A DNA stretch of 64,000 bases. It comes from Octopus sinensis (taxonomy: Eukaryota). Both the position numbers and the translations under genes were made by a program. Shown here piece by piece: positions 12,498 through 24,418 of this stretch (position 1 is its first letter; every line of letters starts with the position of its first letter). The stretch lies in the NCBI RefSeq assembly GCF_006345805.1, contig NW_021836178.1, forward strand, positions 1 to 64,000, in the 5' to 3' direction. Below the pieces are notes generated by a model. It ran no database searches. It was not told the DNA's origin and worked only from the letters and a program-made list of their open reading frames with translations.

Positions 12498-13518
12498 ATG
12501 TGTTGGCCAATTTATCGACAAATACCTTCTAATTGGTGGGCACTTAAAAGCCAAAGAAATAGCAAACTTTTACTACACCGGAAATATTTGTATAATACAG
12601 ATAGAAAAAAAGACGGTCTTACCTATTGGAGGTGCAGAAATCGAGAATGCAGGGCGAGGTGCACGGTGGATGCTCAAAACAAGTTGAGCACAAAAATGCT
12701 CATAACCATGGCCCTTTGAGGATCATGAAATAAAAAGCATGAAACTAGTTTCTGACCTGAAAGATGCCGCAAAGGCGTCAGAAGACAGAACTATGAATGT
12801 GGTGTCAAGAAGCCTCATTGGAGCCAATGTTGACGTCATTAAAATATTGCCAAAGGAACGTTCATTGACTCGTCTCGTTCAACGGGAAAGAGAAACACTG
12901 ATACCAAATTTGTTCCGACCATTCCTAAAATTCCTGAAAGTTTGCGATACAGAAAATGCCTACTGTGCATTATTTGAAGGAATAAAGACACTTGTTGTTA
13001 CTTCACCAGCAATTATTTTAATTGATTTTGAAAAGGGGTTAATTAACTCCACAAAATCAGTTTTTTCGTCGTCTAATGTATTTGGCTGCAATTTCCATTT
13101 CGGCCAAATGATATGGCGGAAAATACAATGTCTTGGTCTTGTGGGAGCCTACAAAGACGTTTCATCGTGGGAACGAAAATTATTGAGGAAATGCTACCAT
13201 TTAGCTTTCATCACTGTGGAAAATGTTTTATTGAAATTTGAAAAAATTTTCTTGATGCGACAGGAATGGAGTGTCTGCGACAGACTGCAAAAGGAACTTG
13301 AACTGAGAATAGCATGTGAAAATTTGCATGAATTGAAGTAGATTGCTATTTTAAGCTAATTGATGGTTGATTTGCTTTAAAAGTTCAGAATAAAAAGTAA
13401 TTGTTTTAAAATTTTATTTTATTTACCCTTAAAATATTTTTCTTCGTAGACGAGTTGTCGCCAAATAAATTTAGGCGAGTTAGGCGACAACTCGCCTTAG
13501 ACGAGTTGTCGCTCAACG
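12498..13518 (+). mobile_element. Deleted Mutator-like (FLYWCH-MULE) transposon
   Basis: FLYWCH motif YLYNTDRKKDGLTYWRCRNRECRARC and MULE motifs IDFEKGLINS and GCNFHFGQMIWRKIQ. Right end carries repeated TAGACGAGTTGTCG (13447-13517). Confidence 0.85.
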
Positions 13519-13644
13519 TGTTCTGTTCACAATTACATCGAGTAAATCTGACAGCATTGGTTACAATCGAAAAATAGCCACTGAACGTTAAGTGTGTCGA
13601 TTGAAGCTATGGTTCGTGACTATATCCCAAATCTTTTATAGCTC
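13519..13644. repeat. About 125-bp direct repeat, copy 1
   Basis: TGTTCTGTTCACAATTACATCGAG...TTTTATAGCTC recurs with a few substitutions at 15805-15930. Confidence 0.9.
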
Positions 13645-13685
13645 CTATTCTTTGAGATTTCAGTGGGTAGTTAAAAGTCTAAGTT

Positions 13686-13869
13686 TTTTTTTATTTCTTA
13701 AAAGAAAACAGAGAGAAAAGAGAGTTAACAAGAGGACTTCCCCGCCTCGTAGATGGAGAAACAGAAACAGTTTCCACGTACAATGGCAAGGGAAATCCTC
13801 TGTAGGAGCTATCCACACTCACGTGTGTCGTTTCTCTTGCAAGAAATCAGACGACCCAGCTTTTTGAGG
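13686..13869 (-). mobile_element. Short 5'-truncated CRE-clade insertion with A-tail and 12-bp TSD
   Basis: Encodes LLQRISLAIVRGNC. The T-run at 13684-13692 is the tail. TSD AAAGTCTAAGTT at 13674-13685 and 13870-13881. Confidence 0.8.
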
Positions 13870-13945
13870 AAAGTCTAAGTTGACAAATTCTTTCTCTGTA
13901 CGTGATTATCGACTAGTTTATTCATGAAGGATATGAACACTAAAT

Positions 13946-14528
13946 AGAAATTTATAACATTTATTTCTTTTAACCGAAAAAAATCAAAATGAAACTAAAG
14001 TTAGTTAGAGGACTTCCCCGCTTCGTAGATGGAGAAACAGTTTCCTCGTACGATGGCAAGGGAAATCTTCTGAAGGAGCCAGCCCGTCTCGCGTGTGTCA
14101 TTTCTCTTCAGAGAGATCAGACGTCCGAGCTTATAGAGGAAAGTCAAAGAATTTTCCCCAATAACCCCTGAAGTCTCGACAGCAACAGGGGCGAATAGAT
14201 ATCGCTCCGAGAGTCTCTATATTTCGCAATCTTAAGCTTTTCTGTTCTAAGGGACACCGAACCGGCTGCGACGGCTGACAAGGGAAGATTAGGTTCAGAG
14301 AAAGTATCTGAACATGTCGCGTCCCAAAGACGCAGTGCTGGGCGGCACCACGCCACACAGCCTTAAATAACGTTGTCTTGAGGGGTCTCAATGCTGCCGG
14401 TATTTCATCAATCCTAGAACCGGCTGGGCTTGCTAGGGGAGACGGAAAAAGACCTGCCGGTCTATCCAACTTCCCTTTGAGTTCGGCAAGTCGCTGATTT
14501 GGGACGCGACATGTTCAGATACTTTCTC
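13946..14528 (-). mobile_element. CRE-clade insertion with inverted 5' segment and 12-bp TSD
   Basis: The minus-strand part 13946-14328 encodes [11 protein letters not shown]...RISLAIVRGN. The plus-strand part 14329-14533 encodes RSAGR...[13 protein letters not shown]...[26 protein letters not shown] at 13934-13945 and 14529-14540. Confidence 0.88.
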
Positions 14529-14779
14529 TGAACACTAAATTGTTTGCATGATTGTCGTTTAAATTACATTTTACAGGAATGCCACATTTATTAAAGCAGG
14601 GGAATATTGTATTTTATTTCACGTCCATCCAAGCTGTGCTAATCCATGAATAGCATCTAAAAAAGAATTTTTGACAAGTGGTGTCGCAAAAGAGGAACAA
14701 GGAAATATTAGAATGAATAATCAAGTTAGTTAATTAATGACATCCGAATATTTAATTAAATGCAATCCTTCCAGCATAG

Positions 14780-15555
14780 AAGATTGCTTGAGAAAGGGTG
14801 GCGGCAGAGGTTGCAATCTACTGTGAGTAAACTAACACACCATATGCTCCCCCAGTGATTAGTGCTGGCTCTTGTAATGTACCTGCATTTATTTCTACGC
14901 TTTTGTCAGTTAGAATAATATTTAGATTATTCTTTACTACCGTAATCCTTATATGTGAATATATAACTATACATTATGGGTTGGGACTCATTTGTGAATA
15001 TGCACATTTTCTGGCTTTTATCAATACTACAAAGTCAGTAAGTTAAAATACGCAATTTGGAGGGGACGACTGATTCTTGGCTTCTGGAAAATGGCATTTA
15101 ATGGCATGTAACTTTAATGTTAGAATAAGATTGTACAGAGATGATAATGCGACTAAACGTGCAAGGCATCTATATTCAGGTAACGAAGGCCACTACAGCG
15201 ATATAGTGATCTAATGATTCAAAATATTTAAATGTACATATAGTTTAGGTGAATCAACCCATCAAACGAGGTTGTTAGTATTCTCTTCAGTGAGTCTTCA
15301 TTACATTGACTAGTGTTAATAAAATGTTGATTACAATCGGTTCAAGTTTGTTAAATTCGAGAATATTTCTCCATTTGGAAATGTAACGTTTCTAGAAATT
15401 AAAATTGATGTTGTATGTCCCGCAGCATTTTTCTCCATTGAATTTACAGTTTTCCAAAAGTCTAATTCAAATAAGCAATTTTTCAAAAACCGTTGTGTTA
15501 AGTCACAATTGCTTTGGATCACTAAGTGAATTAAAAGTAGAACAAGTAGAAACAT
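14780..15555 (-). CDS. Putative secreted or membrane leucine-rich-repeat protein, multi-exon; 3' end uncertain
   Basis: Signal-peptide-like MFLLVLLLIHLVIQSNC, then IFSNLTNLNRL, SLKRILTTSFDGLIHLNYI and SLYRCSGLRYLNIDA separated by ~25-27 nt GT-AG introns, roughly one LRR per exon as in glycoprotein-hormone-receptor-type ectodomains. Confidence 0.5.
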
Positions 15556-15804
15556 TCTAATCAAAGCCAATATTTATTGTGAATAACTCATTGGTTAGAC
15601 ATCAAATAAATTAAAAACTTTATTAACTAAACCCAAAACCGAAAATGATAAGAAATTGACTAATTATTGATTCTACTTTTTGGAAATTTTTCTCCTCTTG
15701 AGGGGACTCCATCTAGGAATTGGATGAGATACAAAAATTTTTTTGAGCCGGAATACACTTCAAAACGAGAACTCCGTTACTCGTGATCATGGATAAAACA
15801 TTGA

Positions 15805-15930
15805 TGTTCTGTTCACAATTACATCGAGAAAATCTAACAGCATTGGTTACAATCTAAAAATAGCCACTGAACGTTAAGTGTGTCGATTGAAGCCATAGTT
15901 TGTGACTATATCACAAACTTTTTATAGCTC
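15805..15930. repeat. About 125-bp direct repeat, copy 2
   Basis: Near-identical to 13519-13644. Confidence 0.9.
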
Positions 15931-16284
15931 TAAATATTGTTGGTTGCGCTACAAAGATATCTAGACAACTACGTTCATTTAGATTTCATAAAGTGTTGTT
16001 TCATTACTTACCAAGAAGATGGCTTGCACTGTATGCTCTTGGTTAATAATAATCAATTTATAGTTATTTAAAAGTTAATAGAGTCATTTATGTACGGAAA
16101 TTCTCAGACTATTCTCGAGAATGGCAATAGAAACTCTTTGTTGAAACGAAACGGTTGATTTTGGTTTTTTATGTGTTTTCGGCAGTTCTGATAATAATAT
16201 GCAACGTTAAGTCGACCAAGAAGGCACGAGTTTCTCGCCGACAGTCGGAAGAGTTACTACTAAATTTCAAAGTTTCAAAATGAA

Positions 16285-16625
16285 TTAAAGGCGATCCTGT
16301 TTCCCTCACTATTGCTTGGGACACGTTCTGAGGAGCCATCTCGTCTCCAGAGGATTGTGTGTTCTCAAGGTCTTGAGACGTCCAATACACTTGAGGAAGC
16401 ACAACGACTCCTTCCCAATCGATCCCATGTTCGACAGCAATCGGCCGGAAAACTTAACGATCGGTGAGCCCATCATATTTCTTCTTGATGTCCTCTGCTT
16501 TATTTGCAGCTGTGCCAGCATTGCAGGCACTTTCCAACATGTTGTCTTGGACAGGAGTCGGAACATGTTGAATCCCATACGAGAGGCTTTCCTTCCAAAA
16601 ACAGAAAGATAGTCATCCCGTCCTC
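16285..16625 (-). mobile_element. Degenerate CRE-clade endonuclease fragment
   Basis: Frameshifted DGMTIF..GKPLVWDSTCSD...AANKAEDIKKKY...FRPIAVE...SQAIVR-GN. Confidence 0.8.
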
Positions 16626-16769
16626 TCTAAAATGTTTCTCCCTATATATATAAATAATAGGTTTTGTGAAAAAGATCGTAGAATATCAATCTATAGTGAG
16701 TATCTTAGATGGCGAAAGATTTCAAAAGCACAAATTAGTAAGAAAACAAATGAGCGAAAATGATTATCA

Positions 16770-17575
16770 TTTATTTATTTATTTATTTATTTACCCCCGG
16801 CCCCTTCAATTGAAGGAAGCCGGTTGGCTAACAGAAACGTTAGGGCCAATGTCGGACGCGCTCCCAAAGATCCCCGATCGTGATCGGTGTTTCCGAGGAA
16901 GTAGTAGAAGGCGGGGCCTGGACAGGAGAAAAGGTCGGTGAGGGAATAGGAAGGGGTTATTTCACCAAGACCGATTTTTATGCGATAATCGTGTAGGCCA
17001 GTATGGTGGCCACAGCGGAGACGAGCCAAGTTCACTCGGGCTTCTCTTGAGAGGGAGGATTCGATCTTATTAATTGGCGGCGGAAGGCGTCCCAGAAGCT
17101 TGTTTATTCCAAGACATCTGATTGCCCTCGTAGCCACCAGGTCGTGAATCCCCTTCTGGTTAATGTCCGGAGGGGATCGTATAAGCTTGCGGACTTTGTC
17201 GCGAGGGTCGGAACTATTCTCCTGTTGTTAGTGGAGTGCCAGAGGAAGTAGCCAGGGTGATTTAGGGTTCGGCATTTGTCAAGAAATTGCAGCCCGAGCA
17301 TTTCAAAATGGTCACTGATTGGAAGGATTTTCGATTCCCAATGTAGGTGGTTCGGTAGGTGTCGTTTTAGACAGCCGGTAATAATTCGTAATGCTGAGTT
17401 TTGAGTTCTCTGAAGTTTTTCAAGGTTTTTGTATTAGTAAGGCAGGAACCCCAAGCAGGGATGGCGTAGTTCATAGTTTCTAATAAAGGCTTGTATACAG
17501 TTGTTAGACTTTCCTATCTGCCCAAATGAAGTCCTCGCAAATAGATCGGGCACATTGAGTTTTTTCTGGATTTTC
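16770..17575 (-). mobile_element. 3' part of an APE-type (I/Jockey-like) LINE with a (TAAA)n tail
   Basis: QRTQNSALRIITGC, ESKILPISDHFEMLGLQF and PPPINKIESSLSREARVNLARLRCG. (ATTT)n at 16770-16792 is the tail. Confidence 0.8.
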
Positions 17576-17598
17576 CACAGATATATGAAACATGTTTA

Positions 17599-19460
17599 TC
17601 ATAATCTTAAGCTGCTGATGATCGAGAAGACGTTGCCCCTCAGGATCGCAATGGATATTCTTTGGAACAACCATTGCTTCTCCAGAGGCTCTCTCCGTCT
17701 TCTCGAGATCAGATTCCCGATTTTCACAACGAGTTCAAACGATTTTTGGCTCATGGCCCCGGAGGTTTCTACAGATATTGGGGAGAAGATAAAGTTGTCC
17801 AGCAGGTTGGAATATTTCTGAGCTTTATGTACCTCAGCCTTCTCAGCGGCTGAGCCTGGACTGATCGCGGAGTCAACTATATTGGTCTTTGAGAAGGTGT
17901 CTGTGCACGTGGAGTCCAACGCGAGGCATTTCCCATTACTCCACGGGAAAATGGTGACTCCATCTGGGCGTTTACCGTCTCCACGGTCAAGCCCGACGGG
18001 TTCCAGTTCTGTCGGGAATCCAGCTGCTTGTAAAGCAGCCGAAATAGTCTCGTTGATAGCGGAGTGTCTGGGAGCACGGCCAGCACTCCTTCTGCATGAC
18101 AGGGGATGTAGTCCTTTGGTATCGACTTTACTCCCACATCGGCATTGGCCCCCCGAACAGACATTAAGTCCCAAGCGCATTGCTACGCCAATCTTCACAC
18201 AGTCATTATCGAGAAGGGTTCCAGATTGGGAGCAAGGGAGGGCATTAAGCCACGCCCCACTTTCAGGTCTGGCAGCGGCACCGAAACAAGCGAGGCGATG
18301 CTGATCCAATGTAGGTCTGATTGCTTCCATTTTAGCTTGCTGGAGATATCATCCCATTCCCATTGGCGTGAAATGTTAGATGGAATGGCCAATCCAGATC
18401 CCTTCCAGAATTCGCAAGCTCCAGAGAAAACTCGGTCCTCTTCCAATCCGCGAGAGTTACGTAGGATTTGGGTTATGAGGGCTTGGGAGCTCGCACGTGA
18501 GGAGAGGAATGCAGGAAGAGCCATGTCCAGAGGTGAACGGAGTCCAACTCCGCCAAGGCGTAGAGTAATTTGCAGCAAGTCCAACCAGCGTCGTCAAAGG
18601 ATATGTTTAGGATTTTTTCAGCGGCCAACTTCAGAGAAGTATCGAGCGATTGAAGCATGTCGGATTGTATTGAGCAGTTTGAAGTTCGCAGCAAATATAG
18701 AAGCCTTGGCAACATGAGGTTTGCTCTGAGCACGAAAAATCCGTAGTGAGAATCAAGCAACATGAGCTTATTGTGAAATCAGTGACCCATTGGCTTTCTC
18801 AGATAGCGACTTCTTAAGTGGATTTGGCCCATGGGCGCGCCGAGGAAAGAACATCATCAATGGGTGTGGTTGTCAGCCCCGGCAGGCGAAGTTGCAGCTT
18901 GTTTAGTGCGGAACCGAATTCTTCGTGCGAGCAAGAGATATTTATAAGCTCGCACTTGCTGACGTTTACTTCCAGTCCAATTTCACGGAGGGTGGGAATT
19001 ATGTTGAAAATATCCTCAATCACAGTATCAGAGGGGCCCCCGATGGTTGCATCATCGAGGTACCACAGGTTGAAAAAAGAATCGACTTTCCGTACGACAG
19101 AGTCAATGCCGAGGGCGAACAGCAGTGGACCGATAGGGTCGCCCTGCTGAACTCCTGTGCACGATTTGATAATTTCATCTCCAAAAAGAAGAGAGCTGTC
19201 TGACCCATATGCCAAGTGAACCAAGCCGATAATATCAGGAGCCCTTTCTAAGCAGGTTTCGAGAATCACATCTCTCCTCAGGCTGTTGAATGCATTCTTA
19301 ATGTCCAGTTTTATAGCTAGAACTCCGGGACCATTTGAGTTCCCTTTTTGCGAGGAGAATTCTCTGGTTGCATGCACTGCAGCTTCGCAGCCATTTGGGA
19401 TTCCCACACCCAGCTGAAGTGGCGAAAGTTCGCAGCTGAGTCTCTGTGATGCCCTTCGTG
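17599..19460 (-). mobile_element. CRE-clade RLE retrotransposon, RT and endonuclease, 5'-truncated
   Basis: RT motifs QLGVG, KLDIKNAFNS, GVQQGDPIGPLLF and WYLDDATIGG. Also GGVGLRS, SGAWLNALP, CRCG..HPLSC..RH, KRPDG, EVHKAQKY and QRISIAILRGN. Confidence 0.93.
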
Positions 19461-19493
19461 CTTAACTAGTCACGATACAAATTAGTTATTTGC

Positions 19494-20400
19494 ATGGATA
19501 GTGAAAGTGAAATGCAAACTATTCCAGATTCTATTCATCGGAATAGCCATTCTGGAATTCGTAAACTGCAACAGGAATGTTTACACTCTTATTTTACAAT
19601 AAGGCGGAAAATTATAGAACTAGTTGTCAAAAATGCTCAATTTGCAAGTTTTCTATTCTTAAAGTATAAAATTAATAGCAGGTTTCTGATTCTAAATTCC
19701 ATGTGATTGCCAAAAGACCAAATGAACGATTCCAAGCAGACCTTGTAGACGTTAAAAAATTTAACGATTCCAATGATAGTTACAAATGGATATTTACAGT
19801 CATTGATGTTTACAGTAGGTATGCCATCTGTAAAGAAGTTAAAAATAAATCTCAATAGGAATATTTAAATCTAATATTGAAATTTAGATATTTGTGAAGC
19901 ATTTGAAGAAATTTGTTTTGAAATCGGCTTTTGTGAGATTCTAAAAACAGATAATGGAACGGAGTTTAAGAATAATTATCTAGATTTTTTCTGCCTTTAA
20001 AACAAAATCAAACATATTATGGAAGACGAAATCATCTTCAATCACAAGTAATAATACAATATTTATCTGTTTCAGGGTATCGTGGAAGGTTTAATCAAAC
20101 TTTGACACGAAATCTTTCAAAGCTGATGAGTGAAGAATCAACTAAAAATTGGATCCAATTTATTAAACGAGGCACTTTTATATATAACACAACTATTCAT
20201 TCTTCTATAAACGAAACACCATTTAAAAAACTGAGAGGAGTTTCTGGTATAAACACCGTCATTCATGAGTATAAGTTTTTTAATTTTTTAAATTTTACAG
20301 AAAATGAGAGTTTGGATGATTTTTATCCACTATCATCTAAGGATTTAAACGTAGAAAATATTTCAGATGTTTCAGCTAAATTTTGTATAAAGTATGGTTG
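19494..20400 (+). mobile_element. Ginger/TDD-like (Gypsy-integrase-type) transposase relic with mini-introns
   Basis: HRNSHSG, ERFQADLVD, IFTVIDVYSRY, LKTDNGTEFKN, QSQ|GIVE and YNTTIHSSINETPF. A 28-nt GT-AG intron (20048-20075) splits the QSQG motif. Confidence 0.78.
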
Positions 20401-21282
20401 AAAACTTGGATCATAATGATTTTGTATTGATTAGAAACCAATGAAATTAATTTTGACAGTCACTGTGACAGACATTATGATAAATTAACAGGTGACATTA
20501 GCCACCATGATGGGACGCAACATAATACCCTTGGATGGAGAAATAAGAAGTAATATATCTGGCTTGTTTACGAATTGACAGGAACATTCCCTCTAATCTC
20601 GCGATGGAATACTTCTACAGTTCTCATCCTACTATGACAGAGCACATTAAACAGAAAATAATATGTGAGATTTTATTCTTTATATTACGAGTCAAGAGGA
20701 GATTTTAACAAACCACTTTAAGTCATCAGCAGCGACGTTGATGAATATGCACGTGGGTCTTTCATAGGTCTCTGGTTTCTCATATCTTTAATGCTACAAA
20801 GAGACTTGACAAATTTCAAAAGATTTTTGAAAACTTATTGCGTGCCAGTAAAACATAAGACAGAACATTAATCTGTTTGATTTCAAGAAACGTGTGAATT
20901 CAAAGGAGGACGATACACTAGAAAGATTAACCAACATCAATGAATAGACTGCTAATTATCGAGAAGACGCAATGAAGATTCTTTGAAAGACATTATGGTA
21001 GCGTCAGAATCTAAATCAGCTTTATAAAATAGAATGCGAAAGCTTTAGGAAACATGCAAAAATCTCCACTTTATACTAATCTTCTCAAAATGTAATATTC
21101 ATTTTTAAAGAACTTAACTTATCCGTGGAACTCAAAATTGTCTCATTATTTCCTTGCATGCTTACATTCACATCATTCAATATCATAACTATGTCTGTTA
21201 AATATGCTAATTTTAATTCCAAATCTGATCAATTCATGAAATTGATAGCATTGTTCTCTCGTAAAAAACTCAGCAATAACAT

Positions 21283-21604
21283 CTTTTACTGGGCACGCTT
21301 CGAGGCAGGCCGAGGAGCGAAAGATTCTCAAGTACGGGCACCTCTCCAACTCGCTGTTCTTTACTCCAATTGCCGTGGGAGTCCTCCGGGATCTTCGGCC
21401 CCAAGACACTCCGCTTCCTTCGCTCGCTCGGTCGACGGATTTCAAGGACTAGTCACGATCCAAGAGAGTTTTCTTGGCTCCTGGAACGTCTGTCGATTGC
21501 TGTGATCCGAGGGAACGGCTTCGCCATTCGCGATGCTGGCCAGGTGTCTCGTGAAGGCTTTAATTAACTTAGCTATCTTTATTTCTTTCTTGTTAAAAAA
21601 AAAA
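21283..21604 (+). mobile_element. CRE-clade 3' fragment with poly(A) tail
   Basis: AEERKILKY...ESSGIFGPKTLRFLRSLGRRI...WLLERLSIAVIRGN, followed by an A-run at 21595-21604. Confidence 0.85.
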
Positions 21605-22519
21605 CATAACAAATAGGAACGTGATTATAATTGTTTTATAATAAGTAATTTTCAAGTTAAAAATTAAAAAAATAAGTAAATATAAATCTGAAAACCTCTT
21701 CTATAAAACAATGACTAATTAGATTGAAAAAAATTAAAAGCTTAATGGATTATCAAAAATAGTGAAAAGCTATTTTAACCAAACATCCTTGCCACCTGGA
21801 AAGTAAAAAAACATGGATTTGGTTAAGGCTATTAAAAATACAAGACATTTGGGACTATCGGCAACTATCTAAAATCCAGTCATTGGTAGTAACTAATTTG
21901 CGTCAACTTTCAGACTGTTCAAATTCACTTTGTCTAATTTCCCATATCAGCTTTAGAGTCGAACTCCAGTAATTCCGGCCTTAATGTATCAAAACCATCT
22001 CTACTTGGCATGAACGTGTCAAAATTGGCTGTAAAAATCACAATATGCTGATTTACCCAATGAATCAAACATTTTTTGTGGGTGATTTAAAACATGTACA
22101 AAAAAGAAACAATTGTTGAAATTATGAAAATAAGTAAGCAATTTTTCAAACTGTTGCTTTGAAAATAAATCCTCAAAAATCTGTTAGCAATTCGGATTAT
22201 CTACCGTTTTCTAAGATTCTCGATGGAGTGAAAACATACCATATTTGGAAATGTTAGAAGACAATGTAAGTAATGTCCTCAATGTGAAAGTTATTAAGTC
22301 AGATTACTGAAAGTTAAGAAGAAATAATTCAACTTTCGCGAAACAAAACTCTGCAAATTTGTTACATAAGATAAATATGCAATTTCGATAGAAAATTATA
22401 ATTTTGGATTTTGATCTGATTTGAGAGGGTTGCTTGTTTTTCTCAGAATATACACTTAAAGCCAGCAAACAAAGATAGTCTTTATTTATGTAGAAAAAAT
22501 CTTGGAAAGGATGGTAAAC

Positions 22520-23000
22520 CAGGCAGCAATGAAATCCAGATGAGATTGTAAGTAGTTGGTGGCCGTTGATAAATCGCTATCTTTTGATAGAATGATTATG
22601 TTGTCTGCGTATGAGAGCAGTAATGTATTCTGGAAACCGGTGCGTCACTTAAATGGGGTAAAGAAAACTAGCGATAACACTGAGCCCTGAAGACTCTATT
22701 CGGTAGGTATCAAAAGCGGGACTTGTATTCTTTGATCACTGTTTGGCTTAAGCGGCCCAATATAAAGGTTGTTAGTCAACGTTTCAAGGTTGTTGGAATA
22801 TCGGTCATAGCAATTGTATTACTCAGAACAGATCTCGAAGTGTGATCAAAGGGCTTAATGAGATCGACCGACACAAGTATATTCTTTAAGGAAGTTTACA
22901 AATATTGCCGACACATCTCAGCAAATGCTTAATTTGCAGTTATAGTTGGATGAGGAGTTTGAATCAGTGAATTGTATTACAGTAAAGGCTCTCATGTCAG
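22520..23000 (-). mobile_element. APE-type LINE RT relic
   Basis: Degenerate VSVDLIKPFD, QGSVLSL and LSYADN motifs. Confidence 0.65.
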
Positions 23001-23101
23001 CCAATTCTGAAAATGTGGCGATTATTGAAAAATGGCGAATAACAGAATCCATAAAAATTATCTAAATAATATAGTTTTTAGTTTTCCTAGAAGGCCTAGA
23101 G

Positions 23102-23886
23102 CAGGGGTTCTCAACCTTTTTAGCTCAAGGGCCAAATCGATAATTAAGATTAGCTTCGCGGCCGCACAAAAAAATATTTTAATATATTTTTATATTTTCC
23201 AAGCCGGTAACTCGCTTGCAATCCGAAGTGCAGCCACTGCTGATGCGTAATGAGTTTTAGACTCTTTTTTTCTTTTTTTAATTTCCATTTTTTTATAAAG
23301 AATAAAAGCTAAAAAAATCTACAAAAGGCGTTGTATCTAAAAAGAAAGTACTATTTGTTTATTAAGTTTTGAAATCGGAATAAGTAAAGTCGAAGAAGTT
23401 CGTAAAAGCTGACTCAAGTGAGTGAGTTGTTACGATATTTATTTTTTATTCGAATCATTTTACTAAATATTGATTCGCATAAATATGTAGATTTAAACAT
23501 TGATATATTCATATATGCATTGTGTGTTATATTTTGAATTTGTCTTGAGGAATTAATTCGTAAAAATTATAATAGACGCATTTTGAACAATGCCGCCAGT
23601 AAATTAATGAGTTCTAGTTGAATTTTGCAGGCGCATCCTTAATTTCCACGCTGAATAAAGTTGCGAATATTTCATTAAAGGAAGGAATTCTTTAAAATTC
23701 TAAAAATTAAATTTATAAAATGTACCCCAAAACGTGCTTCAAATTGATTAATGAAATCACCAATTATGGATATGTTTAACCTTAAGAATGAATAATTAAA
23801 TTTAAACATTATTAAAAAATTAAAAAAGTTAGTTACTCTAGAGGGGCCGCAAAAAAAATCCTGGGGGCCGCATTTGAGAACCGCTG
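23102..23886 (-). mobile_element. Non-autonomous hAT (Buster/Charlie-like) element
   Basis: TIRs CAGGGGTTCTCAA and TTGAGAACCGCTG. Perfect TSD GCCTAGAG (23094-23101, 23887-23894). Internal relic SMFKSTYLCESIFS on the minus strand. Confidence 0.9.
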
Positions 23887-23944
23887 GCCTAGAGTATTTC
23901 ATTTAAACCTATTTTGAATAAATTATTATAATAAACAACAACCG

Positions 23945-24215
23945 GTCGCATCAGAGTTGGAACCGGTCGGCCTGGTTCGGGAGGATGGTAAACGTCTTGA
24001 CGGCCTAACAACATTCCCCTTCGAAAATGGCAAGTCACTCATCTGATACGCAAATTGCACGAACATTTTCTCCGCCGAAAACATCTTTACGTCAGCCGTC
24101 AACTAACTCGGCCAAAACGCTAAAAATCGAGAAATACAGTGGATTATCTCACCGTCATATCATTGCTCCGATCGCAGTGGAGACGTCGGGAGTCTTCGGT
24201 CACAGAACTAAAGAT
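23945..24215 (+). mobile_element. CRE-clade endonuclease fragment
   Basis: [29 protein letters not shown]...EKYSGL...IAPIAVETSGVFG. Confidence 0.85.
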
Positions 24216-24257
24216 TATTAATTTATATGTTCTTAATGAATGAAAGACAAATAACAA

Positions 24258-24330
24258 GGTCCTGTGGCCCAATGGATAAGGCGTGTGCCTCCTAAGTACA
24301 AGATTCCGGGTTCGAGTCCCGGCAGGACCT
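24258..24330 (+). tRNA. tRNA-Arg(CCT)
   Basis: Acceptor stem GGTCCTG/CAGGACC, D-arm GCCC-AATGGATAA-GGC, anticodon stem TGTGC/GTACA with loop CT-CCT-AA, T-arm CCGGG-TTCGAGT-CCCGG. Followed by a T-run Pol III terminator. Confidence 0.95.
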
Positions 24331-24418
24331 TTTTTACAATTTTTTATTTTTATTATTCACATAAAGAACAATAATCAAAAGTCCAGCTAAAATTGATTTT
24401 TAATTTTTGCGTCCGCTT

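Noticed and set aside
13519-15930. 125-bp direct repeats read as LTRs
   Set aside because: No TG...CA pair, PBS, PPT, TSD or gag/pol between them.
17662-19203. Several long plus-strand ORFs (e.g. 17882-18304, 18145-18717, 18818-19150)
   Set aside because: Antisense shadows of the GC-richer CRE coding sequence, with no independent motifs.
20460-22330. Possible Gypsy gag/protease relics around the CRE fragment
   Set aside because: Too decayed; no diagnostic motif could be read.
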